DNA of 63,751 bases, counting the filler, from Octopus bimaculoides (Eukaryota), in the NCBI RefSeq assembly GCF_001194135.2. It is 7 parts of 6 records of this genome, joined end to end, with 100 filler letters (N's around TTAATTAATTAA, not from the genome) between each part and the next. Parts side by side here need not be neighbours in the genome. Positions count along the whole stretch, not along the records: positions 1 to 18,692 come from NC_068990.1; 6 more parts are not named here. One strand, 5' to 3'. Positions 1-12,640 of the stretch are shown piece by piece. Within the stretch, counting starts at the first letter, position 1. Each line of letters starts with the position of its first letter. Both the position numbers and the translations under genes were made by a program. The notes beneath the pieces were generated by a model that saw only the letters and a list, made by a program, of their open reading frames with translations, was not told where the DNA came from and searched no databases.

Positions 1-3
1 AAC

Positions 4-54
<51 letters not shown>

Positions 55-56
55 CA

Positions 57-265
57 TCATTGAGTGAGAGAGCAGTGACACTGGGGTACAATTATACGAA
101 GCTCAATATACCCATCATGACTACCTGTCTAATAAGGGTACACCAGGCACATACATCACAACCACATGTGAGTGACATGGTGATCTTATATCAAAACAAA
201 CAGCACATGATCTTACAGGTGGGGCTCAGTTAGAATTTTCTTCAGGTTGAGTAGCCCATCCTGCT
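57..265. repeat. Copy of the start of the unclassified repeat at 598-1230 (probably an assembly or haplotype duplication)
   Basis: Near-identical to 598-845 and bounded by a 10-N gap. Confidence 0.6.
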
Positions 266-315
266 NNNNNNNNNNCACCATCACCACCATCACCATCATC
301 ATCATCATTATTACT

Positions 316-545
316 GAAAGTGGTCTGGCACAATTGTTAGCACGCAAGACAAACTGATTAGCAGCATCTCTTCTAAGTCTTTATATTCTGAGATCAAATT
401 CTGCTGAGGTCGACTTTGCCTTTCATCCTTTCGGGGTCAGTAAATTAAGTAGCAGTGAAATTAAGTAGCAGTGAAACACTGGGGTTGATGTAATCAACTT
501 GTCACCTTACCCAAAATGGCTGCCCTTGTGGCAAAATTCGAAAAC

Positions 546-548
<3 letters not shown>
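316..548 (+). mobile_element. SINE family B (tRNA-like head, Nin/Deu-like core, (ATT)n tail)
   Basis: Core gtcgactttgcctttcatcctttcggggtc...aaattaagta is shared with the copies at 18968-20446. Ends ...gaaaacc(att)n. Confidence 0.8.
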
Positions 549-596
<48 letters not shown>

Positions 597-597
597 C

Positions 598-1230
598 ATC
601 ATTGAGTGAGAGAGCAGTGACACTGGGGTACAATTATACGAAGCTCAATATACCCATNNNNNNNNNNNNNNNNNNNNNNNNNNNNNNNNNNNNNNNNNNN
701 NNNNNNNNNNNNNNNNNNNNNNNNNNNNNNNTACATCACAACCACATGTGAGTGACATGGTGATCTTATATCAAAACAAACAGCACATGATCTTACAGGT
801 GGGGCTCAGTTAGAATTTTCTTCAGGTTGAGTAGCCCATCCTGCTCAAAAGGTCTCTGAATAAGGTTTGTTTGAGGATGATGAGCGAAACACCCATGTTT
901 CCAGAGGTGAATTATTGAAATCCCCAAAGAATTCTTCTCAACACATGGATATGATGCTCCCCCACTACTCCTGCTCATGATCAGAGATGCACATATTGTC
1001 AGCCACTAAGGGACATGCTCAGCTGGTTAAAGTCAAACAACTGANNNNNNNNNNAGGGACATGCTCAGCTGGTTAAAGTCAAACAACTGACAAGCAAATC
1101 TGTGGTATTGAGCAGAATATTTGTTGTAGTCCATCTTTTATACCAAGACGAAACAACATACATGATAATACTTCCAATCAGTTAAGATCAGAAGTCATGA
1201 GAGCCAGTGCCTGGTATTGCATCAGAGCAT
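598..1230. mobile_element. Unclassified ~630-bp interspersed element between (ATT)n tracts
   Basis: Non-coding block flanked on both sides by (ATT)n and partly duplicated at 57-265. The class is not determinable from the sequence. Confidence 0.4.
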
Positions 1231-2161
1231 TTATTATTATTATTATTATTATTATTGTTGTTGTTGTTGTTGTTATTAAATTGTGGCCTATATTTGTTAG
1301 TTGGTCTTGTTTTACGTCATAAAGAGGCCAATGCCAAAAATTTAAACTCAGAATATAGAGAGCCCAAACAAATACTGTAAGCCCAAAGGCATCTTGGCTG
1401 TTGTTCTCTTATTGATACGTTATTGATCCCAAAAGTATGGAGGACAAAGTTGTCTTCAATAAAATTTAAATTCAGAGTGTAGAGATATAAAACAATTACT
1501 ACAAAACGTTATATTCCAGGCTCTAACAATTCTACCAACGCACCACATTTCCAAAATAAATTAATAACTGAGGCCTATGTAAAACACAATGTGTTACATA
1601 TTTTAACTTGGAGAATTTCTAACATTTTCTTGTCTCTCCATAATTTCTCCATCAATATTTCTGTATTGATTTCTTTATCACTGTGTGAAATGTATATATA
1701 TATATATGCACATACATACATATATAAACATATTGACATATACATCCATACATATACATACATACACACACATATACTGTATTTAATCATTTTGCATTTA
1801 TTTTTCATTAATTTAAAAATATTTTTCTGTTTTCTCTTTATGTACTTTGTAACAACACACACATATATTATTTACACATACGTTATATTTACACACTGCA
1901 ATCTCAATGATGATACCTTAACAAAATGATTCAAACTGATTAGGCATAGTAGCTAAATTTCCTTCAAACCACATGCTACCATGGTTAAAAATAAAAAAAA
2001 GACAATATAGTCATGGCTGGAGTGCCTTTGATCACTATGGTCTGTTCACTCAGTATGATGTGGGACTGAACAATGATGACAGTGGCCCTGGTGACTTCAA
2101 TGGTGCCAGTGAGTGCAACAGTCATTTCCCAATGTTGTCAACAATGTGTAATTATACTCAA

Positions 2162-2326
2162 GCACAGGAGTGGCTGTGTGGTAAGTAGCTTGCTTATCAA
2201 CCACATGGTTCCAGGTTCAGTGCCACTGTGTGACACCTTGGGCAAGTGTCTTCTGCTATAGCCTTGGGCCCACCAAAGCCTTGTGAGTGGATTTGGTAGA
2301 TGGAACTTGAAAGAATCCCATTGTGT

Positions 2327-2330
<4 letters not shown>
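2162..2330 (+). mobile_element. SINE family A, 5' half
   Basis: gcacaggagtggctgtgtggtaagtagcttgctt...ggttcagtgccact...ccttgggcaagtgtcttc. Box A/B-like head, repeated at 17003, 39435, 51096, 55008, 56183 and 60125(-). Confidence 0.85.
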
Positions 2331-2361
<31 letters not shown>

Positions 2362-2364
<3 letters not shown>

Positions 2365-3152
2365 TCATCATCATCATCGTCGTCTAACGTCCGCTTTCCA
2401 TGCTAGCATGGGTTGGACGATTTGACTGAGGACAGGTGAACCAGATGGCTGTACCAGGCTCCAATCTGATCTGGCAGAGTTTCTACAGCTGGATGCCCTT
2501 CCTAATGCCAACCACTCCAAGAGTGTAGTGGGTGCTTTTACGTGCCACCGGCACGAGGACCAGTCAGGCTGTACTGGCAACTGCCATGCTCAAATGGTAT
2601 TTTTTACATGCCACCTGCACAGGAGCCAGTCCAGTGGCACTGGCAACAACTTCACTCAAATGTTTTTTTGTGCCACCGGCACAAGTGCCAGTAAGGCAAC
2701 GCTGGTAATGATCACGCTCAAATGGTGCTTTTCATGTGCCACTGGCACAGGTGCCAGACAGCTGCTCTGGCAATGATCACACTCAGATGGTGCTGTTAGT
2801 GCTCCACTGGCACGGGTGCCAGTCATCGAATTTGGTTCAATTTTGATTTCACTTGCCTCAACAGGTCTTCACAAGCAGAGTCTTAGTGTCCAATGAAGGA
2901 AAGGTATTCATAAGTGGGCTGGCTACACCCCTGGCAAAGGCCACTTTGCTTGCCAGGTCTTCTCACGCACAGCATATTTCCAAAGGTCACTATTCATTGC
3001 CTCAGTGAGTCGTAATGTTCGAAGGTTGTGCTTCACCACCTCATCCCAGGTCTTCCTGGGTCTACCTCTTCCACAGGTTCCCTTAACCGCTAGGGTGTGG
3101 CATTTTTTCACACAGCTATCCTCATCCATTCTTGCCACATGACCATACCATA
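2362..3152 (-). mobile_element. RTE-clade LINE, 5'-truncated 3' fragment with repetitive 3' UTR and (GAT)n tail
   Basis: The minus-strand peptide WYGHVARMDEDSCVKKC...GRGRPRKTWDEVVK is the RTE ORF C-terminus (GHVxRM, GRP.xTW). It is followed by ~62-bp units and the ggaagggcatccagctgtagaaac...gcatggaaagcggacgtta tail. Confidence 0.9.
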
Positions 3153-3571
3153 TCAAGTGTCACATACATGCTCTGAATCACACATATTGTTACATGTTCT
3201 GGTGTCACATATCAAGTATCACATACATGTACTGGTGTCACATATCAAGTGTCACATGGCTAGTGACATAAGCCTTTGTGTTACACGTTTGCCTCACACC
3301 CTAACCTCATACATCCACATCATTTTGTCACATATCTGTTGTAAACAATTATGAAGATGGTAACAGTGTATAATTACAATATTTCTTTGAAGAATTAATC
3401 CAAGACTGAACATGTAGGCTCCATGTTTATACTGTTTATCAGTTTTACTTTGACTTCTCTTTCCTGTATGTCATTTGTGTTTCCTACATCCATTAGTTTA
3501 AAACACACATACTCACACAAACTCACATATTGTTCAATCTTAGATTAAGTGAAATTACAAAAAAAAAAAAG

Positions 3572-3609
<38 letters not shown>

Positions 3610-3899
3610 GTAAGTATTAAATATTTCGCTAAGTGGAACCAAACATATTCAGATTGTTGCTGCAAGGCTAAATACGTTAAAAGCATATTTAAATGCTATA
3701 AACATTGAATTTATTTCATGTTGAGAAATATTTAATTTGAGATTAGTCATGGAAAGAGAACATTTTTAATGTGTTTAATTTATAGGTCATAGATGGAACT
3801 ATATGTAGAAGATTCTTTAAAATGTTCTGAGTGAATAGGAAAGGGAGTAGTCAGAGGTCAGTATTCTGAAGTAAAGAGAATAAGGAATTTGAATCATCA

Positions 3900-4035
3900 T
3901 CATCATCATCGCCATCATCATCATCATCATCATTTTAATGCTCACTTTTCCATGCTTGCATGGGTCAGATGGAATTGGTTGAGGAAATTTTCTGCAGGTA
4001 GATGCTCTTCATATTGTCAACCCTCACCTGTTTCC
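3900..4035 (-). mobile_element. Degenerate RTE-type 3' tail
   Basis: (CAT)n followed by cacttttccatgcttgcatgggtcagatgg, homologous to the tail at 2380-2440. Confidence 0.6.
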
Positions 4036-5825
4036 ATGTAAGATGATATTTTCCCATGGCCAGACAAGTTTTCACGGAAGATTAGAAGCAAAGAGCACAT
4101 TTGTAAGGGTGTCCAGCCATAGAAACCATGCTAAAGCTAGTGTTAATAAAATTAATGACATATGGCGAGGAACATTAAGCATTTGTTTATCTCACAATTT
4201 ATTGGTAAAAAGTCGACTTTTATGAAAAGTAAAACCTATTCTAGCTTTGTTAATGAAGAATAATAGATAAAAACAAACAAACAAAGAAACAAACAAAAGA
4301 GCAATAATATAAAATTTTTTGTAGAATTTGAAATTCTATAGGAATATATTTCTGTTTGCATTCATTAGTTCTTCATCTGGGAGGAAGTCTCCATTTTCCT
4401 GTTGCAGTTGATTATAAACTGTTTTGCTGCTAATCTCTGCTGAGGGACATATTCCTCACTTGAGACTGACAACCGATTCCATTCTGTACCATAACATTAA
4501 AGTACTTTGTATTAACAAACTAAAAATATACAGAAAAACCGAAATAAGATGACTGGCATTGGAAGAATATCCAGAAGGTAAGAAGACTTTGATAGACAAA
4601 ACTAAATATTTCCCTATCAGCAATTGTCTTTCAGAATTTTATGCAAGTTCGAATTTAAACCATAGAAATCCGATGCCTTGTTTGGTCCAGAGGAAGATTT
4701 AATCTGCGATAAAAATGGTCGCAGGTTTAGAGTTGGGTTCACATGTTACAAAGCCTATCAAATATAAAATAACTGCCAATAGCAAAGAAAGAAGAAGCAA
4801 GGTGTGTGTGTGTGTGTGTGTGTGTGTGATAGAGAGATAGAGAGAGAGAAAGAGAGGGAGATAGAGATAGAGAGAGAGATAGAGGGAGAGAGAGAGAGAG
4901 TGTGTGTGTGTTTGGATGGTATGAATGTTTAAATAACATATGTGTGATTGTGTGTGATTGTGCGTGTGTGTGTGTGTGTGTGATGGAGAGATAGAGAGAG
5001 AGAAAGAGACAGAGAGAGAGCGAGAAAGAGAGGGAGAGAGGGAGATAGAGATAGAGAGAGAGATAGAGGGAGAGAGAGAGAGAGTGTGTGTGTGTGTTTG
5101 GATGGTATGAATGTTTAAATAACATATGTGTGNNNNNNNNNNNNNNNNNNNNNNNNNNNNNNNNNNNNNNNNNNNNNNNNNAGAGAGAGAGAGAGAGAGA
5201 GATAGAGTGTGTGTGTTTTTGGAGGGTGTGAATGTTTAAATAACGTGTGTATGTGTGTGTGTGTGTGATTGTGTGCATGATTGAATGTGTTTGTGTGTGT
5301 ATTAATGGAAACTGCACTGCCATCATTTGATAGAGAAGAGCTTGTAGAGATGAGACAGTGTGTGTAGAGGGGGGGGGCGTAGAGCGAAGAAGAGAAAGGA
5401 AGGAGGAGAGACAGAGGCAGAGAGACATAAAAAAAGAAAGGGAGAGAGAGAAAGAGAGAAAAGAGTGATTGAGAGAGAGATAGTCCTTTCATGATTAAAA
5501 ATACAACACCATAAAGAACATTTTTATCCATGTAAGATTTAGAGCAGAGATCATGGCTGGCTTGTCCAGTGAAGGCAGCATGATGTGTAGGTTAAAGAAA
5601 GGCATTTGACGATGGAAGAGGGGTAAAAGGGTCAATATCAGAATGTGACAACTGATTCATGTTAATGATGATGATGGTGGTGTGGGGGTTGTCACTGTTG
5701 CAATAACGTTAGAGTTAATGGTGTTAGTGTAAGTGAATGTTGAGGTGATGGTGATGTTGGCATTGGTTAGTGGTAGAGATAACACTGCCAGTGTGATGGT
5801 TAGTTGATAAAATAGTAGTGGTGGA

Positions 5826-5860
<35 letters not shown>

Positions 5861-5872
5861 TAATAATAAGAG

Positions 5873-6192
5873 CACTCAGAGAGTGCAAACCTCTGCCAAG
5901 GCAACACCAACGTCCTCTCAACGATTAGTCAGAAATGATTTTTAAAATGAGAATATCTGAAATAAACTTGACTGCTCTCACAAATGAGAATACTAAAAAT
6001 GAACCTGACTGCTCTCAAAATTTAAGTAAAAAAACAGGAAAAACAATTCAGAATCCTTGTCTGGTACTAAATGGATCACAAAATCTAATCAGTTTGAACC
6101 AGTTGCAAGCCCAAACATACCTGAAAGTTTCATCTAAATCCATCCAGCGGTTCTTGAGATAATACCTCCACCTTCGCTAAGGTGGAGGTAAT
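5873..6192 (+). mobile_element. Non-autonomous Helentron/HINE-like element
   Basis: 5' motif acctctgccaagg and a 3' perfect 12-bp hairpin tacctccacctt-cgct-aaggtggaggta (6163-6190). Inserted in (TAA)n. Confidence 0.5.
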
Positions 6193-6195
6193 AAT

Positions 6196-6870
<675 letters not shown>

Positions 6871-7464
6871 ATATACCACAAGGCAAAATAAGTAAAACAA
6901 CAAAGCAGCAAAATAACTACCATGGCATCATCATCATCACCAATAGAAACAACATTAGTAGAATAAAAAATGAAAGCTTACAAAAAAAAAAAAATATGCA
7001 GAAAAAAACAGAAGGTTAGAGAGAAGAAAAGTAACCATAGCTTTTGAATAATACGGTCTGGCAAATGTACAGTTAACTCCAAGATCTACTGTCAGGTGTT
7101 ATTCCAAGAAATCATTTAAGGCAAATCAATGGCTAAGAGAAAAACAAGAGGAAGAGAACAAAAATGAATTGAGAGATGAAAAAAGTGCAGGAGATAAAAG
7201 TGACAATTGTTTCTGTGGTACATACACATACCTAGGCCTATTCCCTCTTTTTTTAGGAGTGGGTAGCCATAACAAGATACACACCAGGTATTCCATTCAT
7301 TTTGCCGCTCAAAGAGGTGAGCCCTGGCCTATGCTTGGGTCAAGGCATCGAATGTAACCCCCAATACCAGTAGTGGGGCCCAAGAGCACATGCTGGTTTA
7401 CCCCTACCACATCATGCTGGTTTTATACCCCATTCAGTAACATTAAAGTCACTCATCCTTCCCA

Positions 7465-7785
7465 AAAACATTCGAGCGAGGTCGTTGCCAGTGTTGCTGG
7501 ACTGGCTCCTGTGCAGGTGGCATGTAAAAACACCACTTGAGAGTGGTTGTTGCCAGTACTGCCTGACTGGCCCTCGTGCCAGTGGCACGTAAAAGCACCC
7601 ACTACACTCTCAGAGTGGTTGGCGTTAGGAAGGGCATCCAGCTGTAGAAACTGCTAGATCAGATTGGAGCCTGGTGCAGCCATCTGGTTTGCCAGTCCTC
7701 AGTCAAATCGTCCAACCCATGTCAGCATGGAAAGCGTACGTTAAACGATGATGCTGATGACGATGATGATGATGATGATGATGAT
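7465..7785 (+). mobile_element. RTE 3' UTR/tail fragment
   Basis: gccagtggcacgtaaaagcacccactacactc...ggaagggcatccagctgtagaaac...gcatggaaagcgtacgttaaac(gat)n, matching 9515-9760. Confidence 0.85.
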
Positions 7786-7924
7786 CCATAAACACTCTCC
7801 TGCGACTGGAGTGGGGGACCAGTAGAATGCAGTTGCTGTGTTCCCTGCGTGGCGTAAGAGGCGACTAAAAGGGGTGGGAGTGAAGGGCTTAGGAATCTAC
7901 TCCTCCTAGTAATTTCATATTCCT

Positions 7925-8095
7925 AAAATGACTAGAAGTTTCTGTGGTAATTATTGAAAATGGCACAACATTCAGGCTGCTTTTTAAAGAGGCTGAAGGA
8001 TATTGGAATTCAGATTCAAATTGTTCACCTGCAGAAAAGCACCATACTGTGTTCTGTAACAACCTTAAGAAAGATTCTTGAAATTTGTGTGAGTC
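7925..8095 (+). mobile_element. R4/Dong-like (RLE) LINE C-terminal relic
   Basis: VSVVIIENGT.. then, after a frameshift, LKDIGIQIQIVHLQKSTILCSVTTLRKILEI. This resembles the RLE-LINE terminal motif IGALG...LQK..LLG...ILRK.L, also seen at 29600-29824. Confidence 0.55.
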
Positions 8096-8217
8096 TTATT
8101 GTTGCCAAACTTCAAGATAACATCCCTGCCAACTAAATTAGCATATAACGGTTTTATAATGATGAGGATGATATTGATAATAATAGCTAAAATAGCAAGT
8201 AGTAGCTTTGCAAAAAT

Positions 8218-8420
8218 AAGAATCCTTTCAACTCTAGGCACAAGTCCTAGAAATTTGGGGGAAGAGGTTAGTCAACTACATCAATCCCATTACTCAACTG
8301 ATACTTATTTTACTGACTGCAAAGTCAACCTTGGCAGTATCTGAACTCAGAATGTAAAGACAGACAAAATGCTACTAAGCATTTTGACCATTGTCCTAAG
8401 GATTCTGCAGCTCACTACCT
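8218..8420 (-). mobile_element. SINE family B, antisense
   Basis: Reverse complement of the family B body (caaagtcaaccttggcagtatctgaactcagaatgtaaaga...aaatgctactaagcattttg). Confidence 0.7.
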
Positions 8421-8437
8421 TAATAATAATAATAATA

Positions 8438-9760
8438 GTCCTCCAGGCAATCACAGAGGAGTTCAAGACAGGTTGCCCCTGGGAGCTCCTCTCTGCTGAT
8501 GACCTTGCTCTAATTGCGGAGTCACTATCAGAACTAGAGGAGAAGTTTCAGGTGTGGAAGCAAGGTCTAGAATTGAAGGGCCTTAGAGTCAACCTAGCTA
8601 AAACCAAAATCCTAATAAGTAGGAAGGTAGATAAAACACAAACCCCTTCAGGTAGATGGCCCTGCTCAGTATGTAGAAAAGGAGTAGGTAGTAACTCTAT
8701 AAGATGTACCCGGTGCAAGCTATGGACACATAAGAGGTGCAGCAACATCAAAGGCAGGTTAACTAGGAATTTAGTTTTTGTATGTGGNNNNNNNNNNNNN
8801 NNNNNNNNNNNNNNNNNNNNNNNNNNNNNNNNNNNNNNNNNNNNNNNNNNNNNNNNNNNNNNNNNNNNNNNNNNNNNNNNNNNNNNNNNNNNNNNNNNNN
8901 NNNNNNNNNNNNNNNNNNNNNNNNNNNNNNNNNNNNNNNNNNNNNNNNNNNNNNNNNNNNNNNNNNNNNNNNNNNNNNNNNNNNNNNNNNNNNNNNNNNN
9001 NNNNNNNNNNNNNNNNNNNNNNNNNNNNNNNNNNNNNNNNNNNNNNNNNNNNNNNNNNNNNNNNNNNNNNNNNNNNNNNNNNNNNNNNNNNNNNNNNNNN
9101 NNNNNNNNNNNNNNNNNNNNNNNNNNNNNNNNNNNNNNNNNNNNNNNNNNNNNNNNNNNNNNNNNNNNNNNNNNNNNNNNNNNNNNNNNNNNNNNNNNNN
9201 NNNNNNNNNNNNNNNNNNNNNNNNNNNNNNNNNNNNNNNNNNNNNNNNNNNNNNNNNNNNNNNNNNNNNNNNNNNNNNNNNNNNNNNNNNNNNNNNNNNN
9301 NNNNNNNNNNNNNNNNNNNNNNNNNNNNNNNNNNNNNNNNNNNNNNNNNNNNNNNNNNNNNNNNNNNNNNNNNNNNNNNNNNNNNNNNNNNNNNNNNNNN
9401 NNNNNNNNNNNNNNNNNNNNNNNNNNNNNNNNNNNNNNNNNNNNNNNNNNNNNNNNNNNNNNNNNNNNNNNNNNNNNNNNNNNNNNNNNNNNNNTTCTTG
9501 TGCGGGTGGCACATAAGATGCACCATTTTGAGCGTGGCCGTTGCCAGTATCGCCTGACTGGCCTTCGTGCAGGTGACACGTAAAAGCACCTACTACACTC
9601 TCTGAGTGGTTGGCGTTAGGAAGGGCATCCAGCTGTAGAAACTCTGCCAAATTTAGATTGGAGCCTGGTGTTGCCATCCGGTTTCACCAGTCCTCAGTCA
9701 AATCGTCCAACCCATGTTAGCATGGAAAGCGGACGTTAAACGATGATGATGATGATGATG
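8438..9760 (+). mobile_element. RTE-clade LINE, 5'-truncated (RT C-terminal part, gap, 3' tail)
   Basis: QAITEEFKTGCPWELLSADDLALIAES...GLRVNLAKTK is the RT YADD region. It is followed by a Cys/His finger, an N gap (8788-9494), and the RTE tail ending in (GAT)n. Confidence 0.9.
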
Positions 9761-10526
9761 AATGTAAGCACAAGGCTTGAAATTGAGGAAACAGTTTGTG
9801 CCCCATGTGTCACCATTGAACATGACATGAACTGAATGAACACACACACCACAAAAGTATATAAAAAAGCATTATTTTAACATGACACACAAACTTTTTT
9901 CCTCAACCTAATAGTAATAATAATAGTATGACACAAGCACAGATAAGAAATAATATGAGCACCAGCAGACCATGGGGCATTGTTAAAATTGTTTACATTA
10001 AACTTGTACATTTCCTCTTAACTAATACAATACAATAATGTTTACTCTCCCTAAAACTGAATTAATATATACATACAACCGAACAATTAATTCATTAACG
10101 AGGATTCCTGCTAGATACCCTCAAACACAACAACTTCTCCCAAAATGAAATACTTACATCCAACTCCCCCACCGTCCCTCTACCCCCGCCACCACAACAT
10201 TCAAACTGACTTTTCCTCGTGGCACTTGCAGATAGATTATTATTTCATTTATGGTATTTCATAACTGTATGAACAGTTTGGAATGGATCACCACTACCAC
10301 CACCAAAATCACTACTGCCACCACCACCACCATTTCTCTCCATACCAACATCACCACCCACGACCACAAGCCGTCACCAACACCATCACCAGCACCTCTA
10401 CCAAAACCACCATCACCACCAAAGCTACTAACATCACCTTGACGACTACCCAACACCAACCCCAACACCATCAATGCCACTACCCTCAAACGTAAAAACC
10501 CAAGCACCTCCTCTCTTCCTCCATCG

Positions 10527-10557
<31 letters not shown>

Positions 10558-11285
10558 AACTATTGCTGCTACTACTACTACCACTACTACTACTACTATT
10601 GTTGCTGTTGCTGCTGCTACTACTACTACTACTGCTGCTAAAAAAAGACACATAACTGTTGATACAATGACAATGACCACAACAACAACAACAACAACAA
10701 CAACAATTGCAACTAGTGTAAGTGTTCTCCGCTGAATGAAAGATAAATCACCTCCTGTCTTAATGAATAAATAAAAAATCTCCTCCTCTTCCATCGTTAA
10801 CAATCCTCTACGCTAATGAATGAATGTATGATCAATTTTGTCTTCATCTTTACGTAATTAATGATATAGTTCCTCTCCCCACCATCCCACCATCCCTCCA
10901 CCCTTACGCTTCTCGTCCTCTTCCACCACTTCATCAACTTGGTACCAGACTCTGACAAGCTGCACCACAACCAATGCAATCACCACTCCTATCACAAACA
11001 CCACCACCACCACCACCGTGCCACCGCCACCACTTCCACTGCTGCCGCCGCCGCCATTGGCACTACCGCCATGCTCTAACTTTCTTCCTTAATTAATAGC
11101 CAATAAATCTCTCTCATGGGTTCTCTTAACGACTCTGTCACAAATTTCCACAGACATTCCAACAAGGTGGTCATTAGATCGAATAATACATCAACTATTT
11201 CCCTTTCACATCTTCCATAGTCTCTGTCTTTATCAATCTGTAATATGTGAATATGTGTATATATACACACACATGCATATACACG

Positions 11286-11415
<130 letters not shown>

Positions 11416-11960
11416 CGAGGGTGAGTCAAAAATTAATGCCATTTTGTTTAGGACAGGTATAATTACCAACACAAGAACATGTATCATACATCAAAATGAA
11501 GCTGGTCCTCTGTGGATTACATCCCTACTTCTCAACATACTCACCATTTCTCTCAATAGCAATGTTCCACCTTCGAATGAGAGCATGTATCTCTGCCCCG
11601 TAAAATTCTATTGACTATTCTTTAAGCCACTTCTTCACTACAGTTTTCACTTCCTTGTCACTGGAATAACGTTTGCTTCTCAAACCCTCTTTCATGGGGC
11701 CGAAGGGATGATAGTTAGGTGATGATTATAGTCCAGTGACGAGGAAGTGAAAACTGTAGTGAAGAAGTGTCTCAAAGAACAGTCAGCAGAATTTTACGGG
11801 GCAAGGATACATGCTCTCATTTGAAGGTGGAACATTGCTATTGAGAGAAACAGTGACTATGTTGAGAAATAGAGATGTGATCCACAGAGGACCAGCTTCA
11901 TTTTGATGTATGATGCATGTTCATGTGTTGGTAATTATACCTGATCTAAACAAAATGGCA
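11416..11960. mobile_element. Fold-back MITE built from two inverted copies of a mariner 3' end
   Basis: Starts TA|cgagggtgagtcaaaa (mariner-type TIR). Arms 11437-11665 and 11732-11960 are reverse complements. The right arm reads SDEEVKTVVKKCLKEQSAEFYGARIHALI*RWNIAIERNSDYVEK*, a mariner C-terminus. Confidence 0.85.
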
Positions 11961-11964
11961 GAAG

Positions 11965-12170
11965 AAACAGGGCAAAAAGATTCCAAAAATAGCGATTCTC
12001 ACTTTAAAACTGACAATTTTGAAAATCTTTTTAGATTACGGAGTACCGCACTCTCTCATATATCGATGTATAAAATTTCAGCATGATTGGATGAACAATA
12101 CTTTAGTTATAAGTGCACAAAAAAAAAAATACAGACAGACAGAACGCGATTTATATATTAGATATATAAA
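11965..12170 (+). mobile_element. Possible non-autonomous Helitron-type 3' fragment
   Basis: Ends aaatttcagcatgattggatgaac...gttataag...acagacagacagaacgcgatttatatattagat, resembling invertebrate non-autonomous Helitron ends. Recognition only. Confidence 0.35.
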
Positions 12171-12371
12171 GATCCTTTGACATTCAAAATGATTCCTGGA
12201 CGGATACATCCAATGAATTTGATATAAACTACCCAGATATATCTCTGCAAATAATAACTCTTTGCCTGAATAGACTATGGCTGCCAAAGAAAAACTAAGG
12301 AAACATCATTAAATGTTTTTTCCAGGTAGTGTTATTAAGTTAGACATGGCCTGGGCCAATACTGGGTGAAA

Positions 12372-12404
<33 letters not shown>

Positions 12405-12407
<3 letters not shown>

Positions 12408-12640
12408 TGTATAAAAATTTATACATGGAGAGAAGACCACAAAGTGGTCTTCTTATAGGCTAAAGAGAGCAGTCAAAAACCTAAACCATGGAAAGCATTC
12501 TTCTTTAGGGCACTTTGATGGTAAGTGAGAAGTGCCCTAAATAAGAATGTTCTCCATGGTTTGGGGTTTTGACTGCCCTCTTTAGCATGTAAAAACATGA
12601 CTTAGTAGTCATCTCTCCATGTATAGATTTTTATACACTC
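12405..12640. mobile_element. Palindromic (hairpin) MITE in TA repeats
   Basis: The left arm gaatgtataaaaatttatacatggagag...tagggcactt is the near reverse complement of aagtgccctaaat...ctctccatgtatagatttttatacactc, with a ~14-nt loop. Confidence 0.85.

Noticed and set aside
1-1095. Near-identical duplications at 1-265 versus about 545-845, and about 1007-1044 versus 1055-1092
   Set aside because: Both abut 10-N gaps, which is typical of unmerged contig overlaps or haplotypes in draft assemblies.
4330-4740. Candidate upstream SLC22 exon (GRK-like codons, ag/gt sites)
   Set aside because: All frames hit stops quickly and none gives a TM8-9-like peptide.
7845-7880. Hairpin motif ccctgcgtggcgtaagaggcgactaaaagggg, considered as an HDV-like ribozyme
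   Set aside because: It resembles a motif I recall near invertebrate retroelements, but I could not fit the P1/P2/P3/P1.1 double pseudoknot: there is too little sequence between the putative P2 5' strand and P4.
11076-11230. Minus-strand open frame IDKDRDYGRCEREIVDVLFDL... after a cag
   Set aside because: There is no recognisable domain or partner exon, it is flanked by simple repeats, and its length is compatible with chance.
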